This document shows, piece after piece, positions 58,927-64,000 of a stretch of DNA of 64,000 nt; the stretch's first letter is position 1; each line of letters opens with the position of its first letter. Origin of the DNA: a virus. The notes under the pieces were generated by a model. It did no database searches, was not told the DNA's origin, and saw only the letters and a program-made list of their open reading frames with translations. A program made the translations under genes and the position numbers. The stretch covers positions 9,029 to 73,028 of the IMG/VR virus record IMGVR_UViG_3300044733_000695; one strand, 5' to 3'.

Positions 58927-59532
58927 ATGCTGCGCGAGATCCGACTCTATGGACAGCTGGCCAAGTTCGTCGGACGGCGGCGCTTCATGGCGGCGGTAGA
59001 CAGCGCAGCCGAAGCAGTCAGGTTCCTGATCGCCAACTTCCCCGGCCTCGAGGCGCACATCAGTCAACCTGGGCGGCATTACCGCGTGAAGGTCGGTGAT
59101 CGCGCGATCGGCAGCGATGAGCTGCACGGCCCGGTCGGCAGCGAAGCGATCAGCATCATCCCCGTGATCGGCGGCGCTGGTGGTGGCATTGGCCAGATCC
59201 TGGCCGGCATCGCGCTCGTGGCTCTGGCGATCTTCGTCCCGGGCCTTGGCCTTGGCCTTGCAGGTGCAACGGTGACAAAGATCGGTTTACTTGGTGGCGC
59301 GCTGATCCTGGGCGGCGTTAGCCAGCTGTTGACGCCAACGCCAACGATCGCGCAATCGAACACCAACAGCGGCACGCTTGAGACTCAGCTGGATCCTCAG
59401 AAGTCCTACAGCTTCAGCGGCGTGCAGAACACCAGCCGCCAGGGCGTGCCCGTGCCGATCATTTACGGCGAGACGATCTGCGGCTCAGTCGTGATCTCGG
59501 CCGGCATTGACACTGTGCAGGTGGCGGCATGA
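58927..59532 (+). CDS. Tail assembly protein I
   Basis: IRLYGQL...IPVIGGAG; QGVPVPIIYG; ATG at 58927. Confidence 0.88.
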   Translation: MLREIRLYGQLAKFVGRRRFMAAVDSAAEAVRFLIANFPGLEAHISQPGRHYRVKVGDRAIGSDELHGPVGSEAISIIPVIGGAGGGIGQILAGIALVALAIFVPGLGLGLAGATVTKIGLLGGALILGGVSQLLTPTPTIAQSNTNSGTLETQLDPQKSYSFSGVQNTSRQGVPVPIIYGETICGSVVISAGIDTVQVAA

Positions 59533-62500
59533 CGGACATCATCCGCGGCGCTGGTGGTGGTGGCGGCCAGCAGCAAACCGTCGTTCAGCAGGTAGCAGCA
59601 CCAACTCGGACCCCGGTTCGTGATGCCGACAGTCTTGCGTCAAAGCAGTTTGGCACCTTTGTCGATCTGCTCAGTGAAGGCGAGATCGAAGGGTTCCCAT
59701 CAGCTCGGGCCTACACCCGCGGCGACGCCAACTACAACCGCGCGCTGCTGAAGGACATCTTCCTGAACGGCACGCAGATCTTGCGGCAAGGTGCAGACCC
59801 AACTGGTCCGCAGGCGGCTGATTACAACTTCCAAAACATCACGGTCGAAGCGCGTTACGGCACGCAGGCGCAGACCTACATCCCTGGGTTCTCAGACATC
59901 GAGGATGAGACCAGCGTTAACACGATCGTCCAACAGGCGTCACCGCTGACGCGCACGATCACCGACAGCAACGTGAACGCTGTTCGAGTGACGATTACCG
60001 TGCCGCGTCTTGAGAAGTTCACGGATGAGGGCGATGTCTACGGCACCAGCGTGAACCTGCAGATCCGGGTGCAGTACAACGGCGGTGGTTACACCACCGT
60101 GATCGATGACACAATCAGCGGCCGCACGGCTGACCAGTATCAGCGCGACTACAAGATCGCGATTAGCGGTGCCTTTCCTGTCGATGTGCGCGTGGTGCGC
60201 GTCACGGCAGACAGTGGCAGCAGCCAGCTGCTGAATGATCTGTACTGGTCGAGCTACACCGAGATCATCGAGCAGAAGCTGAAATACCCCAACAGCGCGA
60301 TCGTGGCATTGCGGCTGGATGCGGAGCAGTTCAGCAGCGTCCCGAACCGCACCTATCGGGTCCGCGGGATCAAGGTGCAGATCCCCAACAACGGCACGGT
60401 CAACGCCACCACCGGCGCGATCAGTTACGCAGGCGTCTGGGATGGCACCTTCGCGGCAGCAACCTGGACAAGTGACCCGGCTTGGATCCTGTACGACCTG
60501 CTCACGTCTAGGCGCTACGGATTCGGCGATCACATCGCCGCCGCCCAACTGGATAAGTTTGCCTTCTATTCCGCGTCGCAGTACTGCGGCACGCTGGTGC
60601 CGGATGGCTTCGGTGGCACCGAACCACGCTTCAGCTGCAATGCCCTGATCCAGAACCAGGAAGAGGCGTACAAGCTGATCAACGATCTGTGCAGCGTCAT
60701 GCGCGTGATGCCGTACTGGTCAACCGGTGCGCTCACGATCAGCCAAGACAAGCCGACCGATGCCAGCTACCTGTTCACGCTGGCGAACGTAAGCGAGGAA
60801 GGATTCAAGTACACCGGCTCAGATCTGAAGACCCGGCACACGGTCGCGGTGGTCAGCTACCTGGACATGACAACCCAGGACCTGGCCTACGAGGTGGTCG
60901 AGGATACGACCGCGATCGCGAAGTACGGTGTCGTCACCACCAACCTAAAGGCGTTCGCCTGTACCAGCCGCGGCCAAGCTGCGCGGCTGGGTGAATGGCT
61001 GCTGTACTCCGAGGGTTACGAGACGGAGGTTGTCGAGTTCAAGGCGTCGATTGATGCCGGTGTGCTGGTGCGTCCAGGCGCGGTGATCTCAATTGCCGAT
61101 CCGGTCAAGTCCGGAGTGCGTCGCGGCGGCCGCATCGCTGCAGCAACAACCACAGCGATCACGGTGGACGACACTGCCGAGACCAGCCTGCCAACAACCG
61201 GCACGCCGACGATTTCGGTGGTGATGCCTGACGGCACGGTCGAGACCAAAGCGATCAGCGGCATCGCCGGCGCTGTTGTCACGGTCGCGTCAGCATTCAG
61301 CGTTGCGCCGAATGTCAACAGCATCTGGGTCATCAACAACTCAACCGTGAACACCACCCTCTGGAGGGTGCTGAGCGTTGGAGAAACCGATCAGGCGCAA
61401 TACGAGATCACGGCGCTCGCGTATGACCCCAGCAAGTACAACTACGTCGAGCGGGGCGCAGCATTGCAGCCTCGAGTGATCACGCAGTTGAATCAGCCGC
61501 CGATCGCACCCAACGGCCTCTCGGCCAGCGAGACGTTCTACGAGTCGCAGGGCCAAGCGAAGGTAAAGATCATTACCAGCTGGAACAGTGTGCCCGGCGT
61601 TAGCCAGTATCGCGTGCAGTACCGGCAAAGCGAAGGTAACTGGACCAGCGTGGTCGTCCCGCGAACCGACTACGAGATCCTCGACTCGGTCGCTGATACC
61701 TACACGATCAACGTCTACAGCCTGAACGGCGCCAACACGCCCAGTACCCAGCCGGCGGTGCTGACCTTCGCAGCGGTCGGCAAGACGGCGGTCCCGGGCA
61801 ATGTGCAGGACCTGACGTTCGAGGCGATCAACGCCAACTCTGGCCGGCTGCGGTGGGCACCAACGACCGACCTGGACGTGAAGGTAGGAGGTCGCGTTCA
61901 CATCCGGCACACCAGCCTGACGGACGGGACCGGTACATGGGGCAACAGCGTCGATCTCGTCGAGGCAAAGGCCGGCAGCGCTACTGAGGCGATCATCCCT
62001 TTGGTCGAGGGTGAGATCCTGGTCAAGTTTGAGGATGACGGCGGCCGGCAGTCTGCATCTGAGGCAAGCGTCATCATCGACTTCCCTGATGCGCTCGGCC
62101 AATTGCTGGTGCAGTCAAGGCGCGAGGATGCCGATACCCCGCCATTCCAAGGCAGCAAAACCAGCTGTTTCTACAGCGATGAGTACGACGCGCTCACGCT
62201 GGAAGCGACTGGGCTGTTTGATGACGTGGCAGATCTGGATCTTCTGCCGGTGATGGACTTCATCGGCAACGTGGCCACCAGCGGCTCCTATGAGTTTGCC
62301 AACACGCTCGACCTAGGTGCGTCCTACAGCTTGGATCTGAAGCGCTTCTTCGTCACCCGCGGCTACTTCCCCAGCGATCTGATCGACAGCCGCAGCGGAT
62401 TGGTCGATGACTGGGCCGATTGGGATGGTGCCGCATCGTCAGCCGTCAACGCCAAGATGTATCTGCGCAACACCAACGACAACCCCAGCGGCAGCCCGAC

Positions 62501-62912
62501 ATGGTCAGCCTGGCAGGAGTTTGTCAACGGCACCTTCAAAGCGCGCGCCTTCCAGTTCAAGGCTGAGCTGACCAGTAGCGATCCGGGCCAGAACATCCTG
62601 ATCGACGAACTGGGTTATGAAGCCACCTTCCAGCGGCGGCAGGATCAAAGCGTTGGCAGCATCCCAAGCGGCGCGGGTGTCAAGACGGTCACCTTCGACA
62701 AGCCATTCTTCACTGGCACGGCCGGCTTGGGTGGCGTCAACAGCAGCCTGCCAAGCGTGGGCATCACCGCGCAGAACATGGCAACAGGCGACTACTTCGT
62801 CGTGGGCAGCGTTAGCAGCAGCCAGTTCGTGGTGACCTTCCGCAACAGCGGCGGCACCGCGATCGACCGTAACTTTGCATGGTCGGCTGTCGGCTATGGA
62901 AAGGGCGCCTAA
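59529..62912 (+). CDS. Tail tip/host specificity protein J, no Hint domain
   Basis: DLLSEGEIEG, YPNSA, PAWILYDL, EPRFSCN; colinear with phage A J after the Hint. Confidence 0.92.
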   Translation: MTDIIRGAGGGGGQQQTVVQQVAAPTRTPVRDADSLASKQFGTFVDLLSEGEIEGFPSARAYTRGDANYNRALLKDIFLNGTQILRQGADPTGPQAADYNFQNITVEARYGTQAQTYIPGFSDIEDETSVNTIVQQASPLTRTITDSNVNAVRVTITVPRLEKFTDEGDVYGTSVNLQIRVQYNGGGYTTVIDDTISGRTADQYQRDYKIAISGAFPVDVRVVRVTADSGSSQLLNDLYWSSYTEIIEQKLKYPNSAIVALRLDAEQFSSVPNRTYRVRGIKVQIPNNGTVNATTGAISYAGVWDGTFAAATWTSDPAWILYDLLTSRRYGFGDHIAAAQLDKFAFYSASQYCGTLVPDGFGGTEPRFSCNALIQNQEEAYKLINDLCSVMRVMPYWSTGALTISQDKPTDASYLFTLANVSEEGFKYTGSDLKTRHTVAVVSYLDMTTQDLAYEVVEDTTAIAKYGVVTTNLKAFACTSRGQAARLGEWLLYSEGYETEVVEFKASIDAGVLVRPGAVISIADPVKSGVRRGGRIAAATTTAITVDDTAETSLPTTGTPTISVVMPDGTVETKAISGIAGAVVTVASAFSVAPNVNSIWVINNSTVNTTLWRVLSVGETDQAQYEITALAYDPSKYNYVERGAALQPRVITQLNQPPIAPNGLSASETFYESQGQAKVKIITSWNSVPGVSQYRVQYRQSEGNWTSVVVPRTDYEILDSVADTYTINVYSLNGANTPSTQPAVLTFAAVGKTAVPGNVQDLTFEAINANSGRLRWAPTTDLDVKVGGRVHIRHTSLTDGTGTWGNSVDLVEAKAGSATEAIIPLVEGEILVKFEDDGGRQSASEASVIIDFPDALGQLLVQSRREDADTPPFQGSKTSCFYSDEYDALTLEATGLFDDVADLDLLPVMDFIGNVATSGSYEFANTLDLGASYSLDLKRFFVTRGYFPSDLIDSRSGLVDDWADWDGAASSAVNAKMYLRNTNDNPSGSPTWSAWQEFVNGTFKARAFQFKAELTSSDPGQNILIDELGYEATFQRRQDQSVGSIPSGAGVKTVTFDKPFFTGTAGLGGVNSSLPSVGITAQNMATGDYFVVGSVSSSQFVVTFRNSGGTAIDRNFAWSAVGYGKGA

Positions 62913-62946
62913 GCCCTGCCAGAATCAACCTACTACCTGATCGATC

Positions 62947-64000
62947 ATGAGCCAGCACGACTACGTCATCGCCAACGGAACAGGCGCTGCCGTCCGCTCT
63001 GACCTGAACAACGCGCTGGCCGCCATCGTCAGCAACAACAGCGGCGCGACAGAGCCAGCAACCATGTATGCCTACCAGTGGTGGGCTGATACCAGCACCG
63101 GGCTGTTGAAGCTCCGTAATGCTGCCAACAACGCTTGGATCACACTGAGAGAGCTGGATGGCACGCTAACCATTGAGGCAGGTACGGTCTCGGCCCCTGG
63201 CTTGGCGTTCGCGTCGGACCTGAATACGGGCATCTATAGCCCAAGCGCTGATCAGCTTGCAATCGCAACCAACGGCGTCGAGCGCGTCGAATGGGGCACC
63301 AGCGAGGTGGTGTTCAACGATGGCGGTGCTAATTATGATTTCCGCATTGAAGGCGATACAAACTCTTCGCTTTTCTTTGTCGATGCGTCAGCAGAAGCGG
63401 TAGGGATTGGCACTACTGCGCCCATCGCTGCTACTCACATCATGCTTTCTGATGTGACCGGTTTCACATCTCCAGCAAATGATGGTCTTGTTGTTGAACG
63501 AGGCGGTGGAAATGATCTGGGGATTACCATTGCCACCAATAATGATCGTAACGGCTACCTGTTATTCGCTGACTCTGACTCCTCTAATCCCGCTTGGGTT
63601 GGCTATGACCATAGCGTTAATGCTATGTCATTCAAGGTCAACGCATCTGAACGCGCCCGCATCGACAGCTCCGGCAGGCTGTTAGTTGGCACGTCTACTG
63701 CTCGTGACAAGTTTAACAACGCATCTGGCGAAACTCCTAATGTTCAAATAGAAGGCACTGGAACAACTGCGTCTGGTTTGTACATGCTGTCTATGACAGC
63801 CAACAACACAAGCTCTTCAGCAGCAGCCGGACCGGCCATGTTTTTTGGTCGCTCTGAAGGAACTACGACTGGGTCTTACACGGTTGTTTCAGCCGACAAG
63901 AACCTTGGTCGAATCAGTTTTCAAGGCGCTGATGGGACCGAGTTTGTTGAGGCGGCAAAAATTGATTGTTTTGTAGACGGCACCCCCGGCGCTAACGACA
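62947..64000 (+). CDS. Tail fibre protein, phage B (3' truncated by window)
   Basis: ATG at 62947; first 468 bp align without gaps to 19469-19936. Confidence 0.88.
   Translation, partial: MSQHDYVIANGTGAAVRSDLNNALAAIVSNNSGATEPATMYAYQWWADTSTGLLKLRNAANNAWITLRELDGTLTIEAGTVSAPGLAFASDLNTGIYSPSADQLAIATNGVERVEWGTSEVVFNDGGANYDFRIEGDTNSSLFFVDASAEAVGIGTTAPIAATHIMLSDVTGFTSPANDGLVVERGGGNDLGITIATNNDRNGYLLFADSDSSNPAWVGYDHSVNAMSFKVNASERARIDSSGRLLVGTSTARDKFNNASGETPNVQIEGTGTTASGLYMLSMTANNTSSSAAAGPAMFFGRSEGTTTGSYTVVSADKNLGRISFQGADGTEFVEAAKIDCFVDGTPGAND

Noticed and set aside
19469-64000. Diversity-generating retroelement (two near-identical fibre segments, Mtd-like motif)
   Set aside because: No reverse transcriptase in the window; the differences are mostly synonymous, not adenine-specific, and lie at the N-terminus

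Overview
The window is entirely phage DNA and reads as two different long-tailed (siphovirus-type) genomes in the same orientation. The probable host is a picocyanobacterium, inferred mainly from a cyanobacterial-type RpoD sigma factor. Phage A (1 to about 31.5 kb) runs from the C-terminal half of TerL through an SPP1-like portal/MuF/scaffold/coat head, duplicated tail-tube genes, a lambda-like M-L-K-I-J tail tip, tail fibre and lysis genes to a minus-strand early module (sigma, dcd, ssb, bet, exo). Phage B (about 31.7 to 64 kb) has its own early module, helicase/VRR-NUC/primase, a lambda-like cosQ site, Nu1/GpA terminase, lambda portal, a protease-capsid fusion and a second M-L-K-I-J tail, and is cut within its tail fibre. 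Best leads: (1) gene cassettes after tail fibre A delimited by a recurring TAGTC-N5-CACTA site at stop codons; (2) a tandem 54-nt structured RNA with three compensatory base pairs just downstream of a predicted early promoter; (3) a Hint domain with +1 Ala between duplicated IxGAG-polyGly motifs in tail-tip protein J; (4) a probable -1 frameshift in a holin-like gene. All family assignments are by motif recognition and gene order, not database searches.
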